Part shown: positions 1 to 11,788 of the stretch, piece by piece
How the letters are laid out: the number at the start of each line of letters is the position of its first letter
How positions within the stretch are numbered: position 1 is the stretch's first letter
From: Octopus bimaculoides
Taxonomy: Eukaryota
DNA length: 64,000 nucleotides
Direction: 5' to 3'
NCBI RefSeq assembly: GCF_001194135.2
Contig: NC_068981.1
Coordinates: 101,949,449 to 102,013,448, forward strand
The notes under the pieces: model-generated
The model's database searches: none
Seen by the model: the letters and a program-made list of their open reading frames with translations, nothing else
Told to the model about the DNA's origin: nothing
Translations under genes and position numbers: made by a program

Positions 1-128
1 ATCATATAATCTGACTTGTAATTAAGAGGTTTGACAATAAAGAAATTAATAATTAGATATTAAAAGATCAGTTTTGAATGTGCCTCATGAATTTTCCAAG
101 ATTTATCATTTAGTCAGAAAGTGTGTGT
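1..128. repeat. Interspersed repeat, 3' part of the element at 13451-13985
   Basis: 1-128 aligns without gaps to about 13842-13970 (TCATATAATCTGACTTGTAATTAAGAGG...CATTTAGTCAGAAAG). Confidence 0.85.
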
Positions 129-821
129 ATTATATATATATTGATTATGTATTTTAGTAATCCATGACAAGTAAGAACTCAATGTTACAAAGTAAATATA
201 CATGGTGTTTATCCTCTTCTTACAATATGACCATATGTTATGACTCATATCACTTCAGTTTACTAAGACTGTGAAAGCAATAGAGACAGCGAAGGCCGTA
301 GTTGTGATAAATTTATATGAATGATGTTGCATGAAAAAAAAAGTTATTGAAAAATGTATTGAGGACAAAATGAAATATAAAAATAACTCTATAATATTAA
401 AGTAAAGTGTAAAAGGACATGAGAAAGGCAGTGAGGATGGTTCATAAGAGTGAATGGTTAAGGTTAAAAGTTGAGAGAAATTTAAAAGACAGTAGGTTAA
501 GAAATGCAAGCTTGACTAGACATGTCTAGGTTATGTAAGGTACTTGATATAAATAAGGGTGTGTGTGTTTGTGTGTGGAGGAGATGGATGGGACTGGACA
601 GTTGCATTGATCATGGAGGAGGAAATAAAGAAAAGAAGCAGTGAATTGTTGTAGGGCCAGTTGTGGTTAGTTAAAAATAAAAGAAGGTACTCAAAATAAC
701 CAAACAGTAATTGATTATATAAGGCTGCAAAGATTATGTGGTTATAATACTAAGAAGAAAAATTGAAAAATAACAAGATAGTGTAACAGTGAATAACTGT
801 AAAAAAAAAAAAAGCACGATT

Positions 822-1105
822 TATCACCATTTTTTAATGTCTGCCTTCCATGCAGGCATGGGTTGAACGGTTTGACAGGAGCTGGGCAGGTAGAAGATTA
901 CCCCAGGTTACTGCATCTGTTTTGGCAAGGTTTTTATGGGTGGATGCCCTTCCTAACACAAATCGCTCTGCAGAGTGGACTGAGTGCTTTTTACAGCACA
1001 GGCAAGGTCAGTTTTAGCATGGATTTTATAGCTGGATGCCCTCTCAAATGCCAACCATTTTGCATGTGGACTAGATACTTTTTATATGGCACCAGCACTG
1101 GTAGG
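822..1105 (-). mobile_element. RTE-3'-tail element (short RTE copy or RTE-tailed SINE)
   Basis: Reverse complement carries TTAGGAAGGGCATCC and ...AACCCATGCCTGCATGGAAGGCAGACATTAAA, the same tail as the RTE at 11020-11728. Confidence 0.75.
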
Positions 1106-1281
1106 GTCACCAAGGAACTTGAAAGACAAAAAATTTTTGAGAGGGGAGGGGGCACTGGAGGAGGAGATCTTGTGTCAGATGATGAAAAGTTACAGTGTGA
1201 CAGAGAAAAAAAAACAAGTGTCTTGCTATAAAGGAGGTACATGAACTGCACTGGTAGATCACCAGATCATGGAAATTACCA

Positions 1282-1712
1282 AAATATTAGTGCCAAGCAG
1301 TGTTTAAGCATAAGCAAAGTTTAGGCTAGTTAAAATATGTTTGTGATATATTTCAACTGCTAAAAGGCAAATTCACTGCAGTTAACTAACCTAAACTTTG
1401 TTTATGCCTAAGCATTGATTGGTGCTCTACCAGCACAAATCAGTCAATATTGTTGACTGTATTTTACATAAAGCTATTGCTTTATAAGATATTTACAGAG
1501 TTGCCTCTCTTAGCTACTCCCCATTGATAAAAGCCAATTATCTAGAAACATCGATGTCTGGTAATCCTGATAGATGGGAACACTGAACACACAGGGTGTT
1601 TTCACACATGTTTACCATAATAGAAAAAATTTATCTATGGTAACTACAGTGAATTTGTCTTTTAGCAGTTGAAATACGCCAGAAACATATTTTAACTAAC
1701 CTAAACTTCGCA
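1282..1712. mobile_element. Two rearranged or deleted copies of the fold-back element at 44993-45408
   Basis: 1282-1425 is left arm plus distal right arm; 1426-1518 matches the flank at 45318-45408; 1530-1712 is a diverged loop plus right arm. Confidence 0.8.
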
Positions 1713-1734
1713 ATATGTACACACACAAACTTAT

Positions 1735-1915
1735 CAACATTTTAATGTCTATTTTCCCATGTTTGTATGGGTCAGAGGAATTTATTGAGGCAGATCTTCT
1801 ACAGCAGGATCTCACAAGTTTCCCAGCAAGGTAATATTGCTCTGTGGCCAGAAAGCTTTTCACAAATGACTAAATGAAGGACACTGCTTGTATGACAATG
1901 ATATTTGTTATAATG
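1735..1915 (-). repeat. Interspersed repeat family with RTE-like tail (other copies near 9765-9950, 14620-14800, 18910-19130, 25935-26140)
   Basis: Shared GAATTTATTGAGGCAGATTT...CAAGCAAGGTAATATT...CTTGTATGA blocks. Confidence 0.7.
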
Positions 1916-2072
1916 ATATCTGTATTTTAGTAGAGAAATAGTAGTTTTCGGCTGCTATTTCTATTTTTCAGTGTGTGGTGAAGCAATACTTGCTGAACCC
2001 TAAATTTTAAATTGTATATATATATATATATNNNNNNNNNNNNNNNNNNNNNNNNNNNNNNNNNNNNNATAT

Positions 2073-2428
2073 ATAAGATAAGAGAAGAAATGGAGCAACA
2101 TGTAACAATTAGAAGCTGATCATTAGTGTTGAATGATCATAGTTTAATTATGGTTAAGATAACATTTACAGCTGTTCCAATTTGTTATTTTTGAGGTAAA
2201 CTTGCATTTACCTTGTTCCAGGCAACAAACATCAGAATGATTTAAACTTTACCAGAGGAATATTGACAGGAGAAAAAAAGGAAAAAGAAAAGAAAAAGGA
2301 AAAGGTTCGTTAGGTCTTTAGGCTTACATTTTTGCATCCTTAAAAGATGGCACATGTGTACAGTTGCTTCAAATAGATAAATCAACTTCTAATTGTTACA
2401 TGTTGCTCCATTTCTTCTCTTGTCTTAT
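2073..2428. mobile_element. MITE-like element with 48-bp inverted termini
   Basis: 2073-2120 ATAAGATAAGAGAAGAAATGGAGCAACATGTAACAATTAGAAGCTGAT is the reverse complement of 2381-2428 with about 2 mismatches. The left end abuts (TA)n and a gap. Confidence 0.65.
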
Positions 2429-2577
2429 CTGAATATATTAAACCATGGTTTACCCTTTAAATTACCAGCTATTGTTAACCTTACAGCAAGGCCTATACAT
2501 AGTTAGGTAATGCACCAATAGTGCTTACAGATACATTTATCCCTTAGACGGTTGCATAACTTCTAATTCATAATTTC

Positions 2578-2606
2578 TCTCTCTCTCATATATATATATA
2601 TATATG

Positions 2607-2657
<51 letters not shown>
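2578..2657. repeat. (CT)n/(TA)n microsatellite
   Basis: Direct inspection. Confidence 0.95.
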
Positions 2658-2659
<2 letters not shown>

Positions 2660-3207
2660 AACAAAAACGCAATAGAGGGCGTTAAAGCATTCAGAGAGAT
2701 AGATGAAACAAAGGTGAACAAGAGAAACAACAATTAGAAGGACAGGCAAAAAAAAGACGGGTCATTCATGGCTTTTTTTCCTTAGTCAAGTTCCAGAAGT
2801 CACGACCATTTCAAGCAGTTACACTTGAGATTGTTTGATCTAGTTGCCCCCAAAAAGTCTAAGCTAAGAGCATTAGACCCCTTTGTAAGAAAGCTAGCGA
2901 ATATGTATGGCAACAAAGACAAAAAAAAAAACAGGGAACATGGTACTCAATTGCAACTACAAACAAGAAATAACAACAGGAGTCTTTCGACTGAGAATGA
3001 ATCAAATTGAGCTGGCATGTATGAAGTGAAAGCCTAAAGGCAGGAACATAGGATATGGACATAAGAGGCGTTGGTGGTTGGTAGTTAGGCCAAGAAAGAA
3101 AGATCATGGCTGGCCAGGGTGCGTAAGGTATTTGAGGACATACCTTTTGGGGGTCATTGTTGCATTTTTTGCTAACTCTGTATAAATCTTTGTTTCTGAA
3201 AATAATA

Positions 3208-3725
3208 ATGGCAGACTCTCAGCTTACTCAAGAAATGAAGAAGCATGCTGTTATTGTGGTTATAAGGGCTGAGCATAGTGATTTAGAAATATCTTGAGTT
3301 TTAAAAGTTGCCAGATCTTTTGTCTACAAAGTTTGTAAGGAACTAGAGACTGAAGATAGAATTGTATCACTAGTATCAAAGCATTAAAAGCATTCTAAAT
3401 GCTCTGAAATCATCAGAACACCAGCAAGTTCAACAGACCATTGATTACATTCCCAGAAAGTCTATGAGGTCAATTGCAAAAGATCTCCATGTGTCAGAAG
3501 GAACAGTCAGAAATGTTGTCCACGAAGACATCAGGTATAAGTCTTATATGATATGGAAGGGTCAGTTTGTCAGAAAATGCAAAAGAAGATCACTACACCA
3601 GATCTAAAAGGCTCTTAAACAAACTGAAAAATCCAGCAGAAGATTTGATTTGATTTGGTTTTTCTCAAGTGAGAAAAACTTCGACCAAGATCAAAAAGTT
3701 AACACATGAAATGACAGATGGTTAT
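3208..3725 (+). pseudogene. Tc1/mariner (maT/DD37D-like) transposase N-terminal remnant
   Basis: Translation across stops and frameshifts: MADSQLTQEMKKHAVIVVIRAEHSDLEI...RKSMRSIAKDLHVSEGTVRNVVHEDIRYKSY...WFFSSEKNFDQDQKVN.xNDRWL. This gives an HTH region and a degenerate FSDEK first-Asp motif. It is truncated before the second and third Asp, so the family call rests on motif style only. Confidence 0.75.
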
Positions 3726-4679
3726 AGGCACTAGTGTAGCTAGAGTGGGCAGTCTTCCCCATGCGGCACTTTATGGATGCCTGGGGGTGACAAATTGAAG
3801 GGCAAGCACTCAATCTACACTAGTGGGCTTGGATTGATTGTTTTAACAGGATCGGATGTGTTAGGATCTTTTGCTGTGGCATGTTTCCACAACTGCATGC
3901 CCTTTCTAATGCCACCCACTTTACAATGTGTACTGAGTACATTTTTTGAGCCACCAGCACTAATGAGGTTGCCATGGAGCTTGCAAGCCTATGAACCCTG
4001 TGATGGCAGCTTTATACAAGATGATGAGGAATTAATGCATGAGAGTAGGGGCCAGAGCTGCACAGATTTCTTGCTGTGGAGGAGCTACATGACTATTTAA
4101 ATTTTAAAAGAGAGGATGGAGGTGATCAGGTGAAACTAGAAAGTGATATAAAGACAGTGGTGATGAAGTGCCTATGTAAAACAAGATGAGCAGAAGTGAG
4201 TACTATCTACCCAGCTGTCTATCTCTTTCTTTCTACATACACACACACACACATCTATTTTGTTAATTCAAATGTAAGTAGATATTAGTCAATACATAGG
4301 TAAATATAGTAACAACAGAAGCAAAACAGGATATTCAACAGATATGTGTCTGACTTTCACATTGCAACTTTTCAAAACAACATTTCACTTGAAAATTTCT
4401 TTGAAAAGTGACAATGCAAAAAAACACAGAGTAAACAACTGTTGAAAACTCAGTTCTTCTACTGCTGTTATTACAGGCATGTGCATGCATGCACAGGCAC
4501 AAGTACACGCATGCACACACAGAGAAATATAGAAATACACATGTATGTGTATTTGATAAGTGCTAACACATGAAACTCTCAACCCTTGAGTCACTCTGTT
4601 GCTTCTGTTAAATATTAATAAAAAAAGTAAATATACTCATGTTTTAAGCTCTTTATTTCCTGTTGGCATCACCAAACTT

Positions 4680-4694
4680 GTGTGTGTGTGTGCA

Positions 4695-4741
<47 letters not shown>

Positions 4742-4774
4742 ATGTATGTATATATATATGTATGTATGTATGTA

Positions 4775-4810
<36 letters not shown>

Positions 4811-4822
4811 TGTATGTATGCA
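4680..4822. repeat. Compound (GT)n/(AT)n/(ATGT)n microsatellite
   Basis: Direct inspection. Confidence 0.95.
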
Positions 4823-5517
4823 TAAATATATAGAACCTTATGCTGTCTTTCAAGCTCTGAATAGATTCACTGGGTCAATATTTGAAGCCTGCAGATTTAT
4901 ATTTCACATATACAAATTACAAAACATTGCAATTGAAACTAAATAGATTATGATAGAAATTCCACTTTGAGGAGAAGCAGCTGAATTTTTTGTTGTTTTT
5001 AAAATATATTTACTATTCTGCTTATTTACTTATTTATTTCGACACTGTTTAGATCTATCACTGGTGCCATTTATATTCATTATATATGCCGTCAGCATTT
5101 TATAATGAAATTCTTTAGAAATCGTTGGCTTTTTTTTTTTGTTGGTTTTCTGTGTGTATTTTATGTTTGTGTGTGGAAGCAAGCAATGGGTAAGCTCGCT
5201 TTATCTAATTCCACATATGCATTTAAAATAGAAAGTTTATAATTGATAATCAAAGGATATTGTTGTTTAGCCCTAGGTAGGCCCTGATAGAAAAGATCTA
5301 TGATCAAAGATGTTCCAGCCTTGGCCATTCCACATTATAAAAGAAAGACAAAACAATTTTAGACATAATAAATCTAGAAACAGAATATTCAACAAGTCCT
5401 TTCTTTATACTTTTGGATTAGAGGGAGAAGTGGATGCTATTTATAAGCAAATTTGGAGATCATACACACACACCCTCACTGAATTATCTATATTGCTGTT
5501 TAGACTCTAGTCAGTCA

Positions 5518-5748
5518 CATCATCATCATCATCATCATTTAACGTCCGCTTTCCATGCTAGCATGGGTTAGACGATTTGACTGAGGACTGGTGAAACCGG
5601 ATGGCAACACCAGGCTCCAATCTGATTTGGCAGAGTTTCTACAGCTGGATGCCCTTCCTAACGCCAACCACTCTGAGAGTATAGTGGGTGCTTTTACGTG
5701 TCACCCGTACGAAGGCCAGTCAGGCGGTACTGGCAATGGCCACGCTGA
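5518..5748 (-). mobile_element. Well-preserved RTE-3'-tail element ending in (GAT)n
   Basis: Reverse complement: ...GTGACACGTAAAAGCACCCACTATACTCTCAGAGTGGTTGGCGTTAGGAAGGGCATCCAGCTGTAGAAAC...GGAAAGCGGACGTTAAATGATGATG; CpGs retained. Confidence 0.85.
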
Positions 5749-6604
5749 GCAAATCTATTGCCAAAAACATTCCGGTCATGACCATCTCATGTTTTCAATT
5801 CATACACTGTATCTCAAACCACATTGTCCTGTAAAGTTATTTCTTTTGCAAGAGGGTAGGGTGGGAAAATGAGGTGAGATTTGGCTGCTCTTTCTAGTGA
5901 TTTGAGCATCTGTATAGACACTACTTTTGTTACTCTGGTAACACAGCAAGCAGTGCATTAGTTTCATAATCCAGTTTAAGCAATAGCTATTTTATCTCTT
6001 TTAAAAAATTTTTTTAATTCATTCCCCACCACCTCAACTTTTATCTCTTTCTAAACGTTATCAGGAAATGGAAGAGAAATCAAATTAATGCTAAAAGTTT
6101 CTACAGAAATGATTTTTTTCCAAGTTGTAAATTTGTTCAAAAAAGGAATCTGATTGCTTAACAATGTGAAGGAATTTTCAATAAAGATTTCATGATTTTA
6201 CTTTACTCACACGTGTGTGTGTGTATGTGTGTGTCTGTGTGCACATGTGTAAATGGATCTTTGTTTGGTTTCAATGATAAGTGTTCCAATTGATTGATCA
6301 ATGGAAATGGTCTGTTCATTGAATTAGCATGTAAATGGCTGAGTAGTCTACAGTCCTGGGTACCTTTAACCTTTCTTAGTGAGTATCAATGTCGAATAGA
6401 AATAAAATCCTTTATTTGAAAAACAGGTAAGGGTTGGTGAGAGCATCTGTCTATAAAATCCTACCCCAAATAGCTCCCTGTCTAACCAATGTTAGCATGG
6501 GATAATGGATGTTTGCATCATTTCAGTAAAAGTTTGCAGGAACAAGTTGCATGTACTTTCAGATAGAAATTACTGAGGGACTTTATGCAATGCACTACAC
6601 TCTT

Positions 6605-6978
6605 TAACTCTTTTACTTGTTTCAGTCATTTGACTGTGGCCATGCTGGAGAACCGTCTTTAGTCAAGCAAATCGACCCCAGGACTTATTCTATCGGTGTC
6701 TTTTGCCGAACCGCTAAGTTACAGGGACATAAACACACCAGCATCGGTTGTCAAGTGATGTTGGGGGACAAACACAGACACACAAACATATACATACATA
6801 TATATACATATATATGACGGGCTTCTTTCAGTTTCCGTCTACCAAATCCACTCACAAGGCTTTGGTTGGCCCAAGGCTATAGTAGAAGACACTTGCCCAA
6901 GGTGTCACGCAGTGGGAATGAACCCGGAACCATGTGGTTGGTAAGCAAGCTACTTACCACACAGCCACTCCTGCACCT
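6605..6978 (-). mobile_element. SINE family A: tRNA head + CORE-like domain + internal microsatellite + tail
   Basis: Minus strand: AGGTGCAGGAGTGGCTGTGTGGTAAG (A box)...GGGTTCATTCCC (B box), then ACCTTGGGCAAGTGTCTT (CORE-like), (TA/TG)n, and a tail ending CAGTCAAATGACTGAAACAAGTAAAAGAG. Confidence 0.85.
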
Positions 6979-8425
6979 ATAGAGCAAAATTAAAATATTA
7001 ATTCGATATNNNNNNNNNNNNNNNNNNNNNNNNNNNNNNNNNNNNNNNNNNNNNNNNNNNNNNNNNNNNNNNNNNNNNNNNNNNNNNNNNNNNNNNNNNN
7101 NNNNNNNNNNNNNNNNNNNNNNNNNNNNNNNNNNNNNNNNNNNNNNNNNNNNNNNNNNNNNNNNNNNNNNNNNNNNNNNNNNNNNNNNNNNNNNNNNNNN
7201 NNNNNNNNNNNNNNNNNNNNNNNNNNNNNNNNNNNNNNNNNNNNNNNNNNNNNNNNNNNNNNNNNNNNNNNNNNNNNNNNNNNNNNNNNNNNNNNNNNNN
7301 NNNNNNNNNNNNNNNNNNNNNNNNNNNNNNNNNNNNNNNNNNNNNNNNNNNNNNNNNNNNNNNNNNNNNNNNNNNNNNNNNNNNNNNNNNNNNNNNNNNN
7401 NNNNNNNNNNNNNNNNNNNNNNNNNNNNNNNNNNNNNNNGAGAGAGACACATTCTGTAAACCAACATTTCTCATGACCCCCACCTCTTGGTTGTGGTTGA
7501 TAAATAATAAATCCAATCATAGAACCCTAGTCAAACCAAATTATTAGCAGTATTTTAGCAAATTTTAGTCTTTCTTAAAGTCATTTCAATTTACTTGTAT
7601 AAATTATGCTCTTAGTGAAAGACAAACATTTTAGCATATAGTTATTCCTCCTGGAAAAATCATATACCTTCTCCCTACTGAGAAAACAAATAATCAGCAT
7701 TAAATGCATGAATAAATACTGTCAAATAAGTTGTAAGAGAGCTTCTAACAAGATACTAGAACTTGTTTTCATTTCCAGCCCTTGCTACTTCACATAACTT
7801 CACTTAAGACACTAATCCTTTTCATAATGTAATGAGCATTAAATAAAACAATCTCACAGATGTAGTACTGGAATTAGATGGCTTATGAAATCTAGATAAT
7901 GGGCTACTGTCTCTGAGTTTATGTCATGTTTGTAGGCTGAGAATGCTTTTCATCCCTCTAGGTTTATTAAATAAATGACACTAATATCCAGCAGACAGTT
8001 CAAGGACAAAACCTTCTTTACTCCTGCAGATTAATAGCAGAATGACCCAAAGCAAAGGCCTCTATGCAGTTAGCCAAACCTGGTTGATATAGAAACCAAA
8101 TCACATCCACTACCTTCTCAAAAAGAGATAAGGACATGATATCCAGAGTAATGTAGTTGAGAATACATTATTATTTCAACAAGGATTGGATGATCAAAGT
8201 CTTCAACACATTTTTCATAGGCCTGCTCAGTCAGAACTAATTAGGAAAGCCCATGAACAATAGCTTGAAGTATAATGCCGAAGAAGAAAGAAAATAAATG
8301 CTAATGAATTATATAAGCCACAGTAATTGAAAAGTATCACCTTTGTGTTTATATTTGTCATGTAGATAAATTACATGTTGCTTTTTATAAATACCGTTAA
8401 CAACTCCACTTGCAGTTGGGTTTCA

Positions 8426-8635
8426 CCCTTTAGCATTTAAATTGGCCATATCAAACCCCAAATATTCTATCTGTTTTATGTTCAAACTGGTCGGGTCTAC
8501 TTCTCATACCTTCCCTACCATGTCATTCTAAAAATAAACAGTCTCATCATTGAAATCTCGAAGCTATGAGATAATGCTTGATTAATTCAAAACAATGTGA
8601 ATAAATAATTATTACATTTGACAAAATAATCCAAA
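8426..8635. mobile_element. piggyBac-type MITE family 1, copy lacking its right end
   Basis: Starts CCCTTTAGCATT and aligns to 22259-22686 and 35455-35670. Confidence 0.75.
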
Positions 8636-10165
8636 TTAAATAAAAAAGCAAAATATTAAACTGAAACCATTCCAATCATTGCTAATACAGTCTAGCAATG
8701 TCCTGGAACCAACAATATCATAGCAATGTGTTGTTATGATCTATGCTCAGAATGAATCTATAACCTGGTGCTTTTAACGCTCTACTCCTGACTAAAAATA
8801 TATGCAGCATCTAATGGGAATTGGAATTACAGATGGCCCATAGAGAACTGTGTAATTATATTTCATGTACAGGGAAGGCATATGACTACAGGTATGTTTG
8901 TTTAACATCAGAATCAAATACTGTTCAAGCCTGATGTCATCAAAAATATATTTCTTTTCATGATGAGGAGATTCATGAAGACTCTATAGAGACATGACCA
9001 ATCAATCTTGCATAATCAATTATGCATATGTGTGTGTGTGTATGAGTATGGGATATTGACAGCCACCACACAGAGTTCAGCGGGTAAGTTGCATGTAGTT
9101 TCTCACACTCAATTTTTTGAGTAAAAACCTTGAACTTGTCCGAGCTTATGAAGGCGAGATAAAGTACAAAATATATCTGATATTTATCCACAATATTACT
9201 GTTTACCATCAGGTCAACCCTAACTATGAAAATCTATGATCAAAGGTATTGTAGCTTGGAACATGATTTGAAGGAAATTTGGTTGCTATAAGTAAAAGGT
9301 CAAGAAACTATGAAGAGGATCTCTCATTAGCACCTGTCAGAATACTAATTCCAACAAAGATCAGATTTCACACTGAAATAGGTCATCTTTGGCTCAAATA
9401 TGTCTTTACTTACCACTCTCGCAAAGAAATTCATATTCCTGAATGAAGATAGCGTAAATATATTGCTTACCTATAAAAGAAAAAAAAAATGGTTGTATTA
9501 ATTAATTACAACTGTGTGCATGATAAATTTGTAAGCAGTTATGCATAAAACAAACATCTCTACATCTCTTTAGTTTCAAAGTAATTTTACCGGCTCACAA
9601 TTATCTGTTAAACAGAATGGTATTTATTTTCATCAACTAAATAAACGCAACTCCCATGGAATAAAGGGGGTCTGTGAAGTAACATGATGAAACACCAGTT
9701 ACTGAGTCAAAATCAATGGCCTAGTAGTTGAATGCCTAAGACATTTTATCTGTTTTACTTTTCATTATTTTCATGGGTTAGACAGAATTTATTGAGTCAG
9801 ATTTCTATGGATGGATGCACTTACTGTCACCAACCAGTGCTTGTTTCCAAGCAAGGTAATATTTCTACATGAACAAACATGTCCTTGTGGAATAATGCTT
9901 GTATGATAGTAACAATCATGTACAACTATCATGCAGTGTCAAGATAAGGAGACACAAAAATACACACACTCATATATAATGGCAGCTTTCATCTACCAAA
10001 TCCACTCACAAGGCACTGGTCAGCCAAGGGCTAGAGTAGAAGCCCAAGGTATGTGTTTATGCATGCCTGTGTTCATACATACACACACACATTTTTGTGT
10101 GTTTGTGTGTATATACATGCCTACAAATAAAAAGTATATATATGTCTATATCTTTATATAGATAC

Positions 10166-10900
10166 ATTACTTTTCTTTCACACCAGTAGCCTGAGCTTTT
10201 GCTGTTTCGCAGTGCCCAATTCTATGTCATTATTATTATTACTATTCTTTCACACCGGTAGTGGCAATGTTAAACCCATTCGTTCAATTATGTTACCCTA
10301 AATCCCGAAAATTCCGTCTCCTTTTGTTCTGTCTTCGACCAGCCTAACTCTGGTCTATCTCTCTCTCAGTTTCATTAAACACTTGCTTCTCCCAACACTT
10401 TACCTCCACTCCCCCCACCCTATATAAACTAGCTCATTCAGATTCCCCTACCTCATATTTCAATACCTTGCCACGTGGAGTAAAAATCAGAAGTTGTTCA
10501 GATGAGCAACTTTGTTTTCCAACCTAGCATACATCTAAAACCTCTTTTACAGTGCAAATTATAATTATTATTTCATTTCATTATCTATCAATGTAAACAC
10601 AGTTTCGTCTTGCATGCCATATGTTTAGAGAAAAAAAAAATTTTTTTAATAATAAAAAAAACTTAAGAACTTAAGATCCCTATGCTCAATCCAACTCTCC
10701 CTCTTTCTCCCTTCTCCCTCTCTTTCACGCTCATTTATTATTGTCATTCATTCATTTATTTAATTTTGTCACAGTTTGGCTGACCGAAAACTGTTGGTTA
10801 TAGCTCCAGTTAAGAATGCAAATGCCCAATTCTATCTCATTATTATTATTACTATTCTTTCATACCGGCAACCTGAGTTTTTGCTGTTTCACGGTGTGCC
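10166..10900. repeat. Unclassified element bounded by circularly permuted ~72-bp direct repeats
   Basis: Blocks TGCCCAATTCTATnTCATTATTATTATTACTATTCTTTCAyACCGG and CCTGAGyTTTTGCTGTTTC occur in order B-A at 10190-10261 and A-B at 10823-10895. TATATAAA lies at about 10422. Confidence 0.55.
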
Positions 10901-11019
10901 CGCCCTTCCCATCCCCACCACCTGTACCGAAGTCTTTATCCTCTGACTGCTATTGGATGTCTTTCCCTTGAACACCTCCAAAGGCTTAATGCTCCCTATC
11001 CCTTACTTAGGGTTTATCT

Positions 11020-11728
11020 TCTATTTAATGTGATTATGTAGTGCACAAAATGATGGTGTAGTGTATGTAGGTTGAAGGCCATTGTGTGTTTATGAGTTCT
11101 GCCAAATGTGTGCTTTCTTTTCAGTATAGGGAACCTGTGGAAGAGGTAGACCCAGAAAGACCTGGGATGAGGTGGTGAAGCATGACCTTCGAACATTGGG
11201 TCTCATGGAGGCGATGACAAGTGACTGAGACCTTGGGAGACATGCTGTGCTTCAGAAGATACAGCAGCCAAGTGAGACCATAACTGTGGCCTATGCCAGT
11301 GCAGCATAACTGGCCCATTTAAGAGTGCCCTTCAATCATTGGGCAATAAACTATGCTTGCGAAGACCTGTTGAGTCAAGTGAAGTCATCAGTACCGCTTG
11401 ACTGGCACCCGTGTCGGTGGCACATAAAAAGCACCATTCGAGCATGGTTAATGCCAGTGCCACCTGACTGGCTCCTGTGCTGGTGATATGTAAAAAGCAC
11501 CATTCAAGCGTGATCGATGCCAGTACTGTCAGACTGGCCCTTTGCCGGTGGCACGTAAAAAGCACCAACTATACTCACAGAGTGGTTGGTATTAGGGAGG
11601 GCATCCAGCTGTAGAAACTTTACCAGATCAGACTGGAGCCTGGCACATCCTTCTGGCTTGCCAGTCCTCAGTCAAACCGTCCAACCCATGCCAGCATGGA
11701 AATCAGATGTTAAACGATGACGATGATA
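11020..11728 (+). mobile_element. RTE-clade LINE 3' end (ORF2 C-terminus + 3' UTR + (GAT)n tail)
   Basis: Translation GTCGRGRPRKTWDEVVKHDLRTLGLMEAMTSDxDLGRHAV is a typical RTE C-terminus. The 3' UTR has 66-bp tandem units, a GGAGGGCATCCAGCTGTAGAAAC motif and a GAT tail. Confidence 0.85.
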
Positions 11729-11740
11729 TATATATATATG

Positions 11741-11788
<48 letters not shown>

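Noticed and set aside
250-800. Purine-rich tract (also 14260-14560) as a possible minus-strand Penelope remnant
   Set aside because: Only vague motif similarity; could not be aligned with confidence.
3730-3826. 11-bp inverted repeat CACTAGTGTAG/CTACACTAGTG enclosing about 75 bp
   Set aside because: Possibly a tiny MITE, but there is no TSD and no second copy in the window.
8873-8891. 19-nt AG/GT-bounded microexon candidate (GGAAGGCATATGACTACAG|GTATGT)
   Set aside because: Such short matches are expected by chance in 64 kb; no supporting context.
11400-11566. Resemblance of the 66-bp unit to pistol or twister ribozymes (CGUG..CACG followed by an A-rich linker)
   Set aside because: The remaining conserved stems and catalytic nucleotides of those classes are not present; kept only as a pseudoknot hypothesis.
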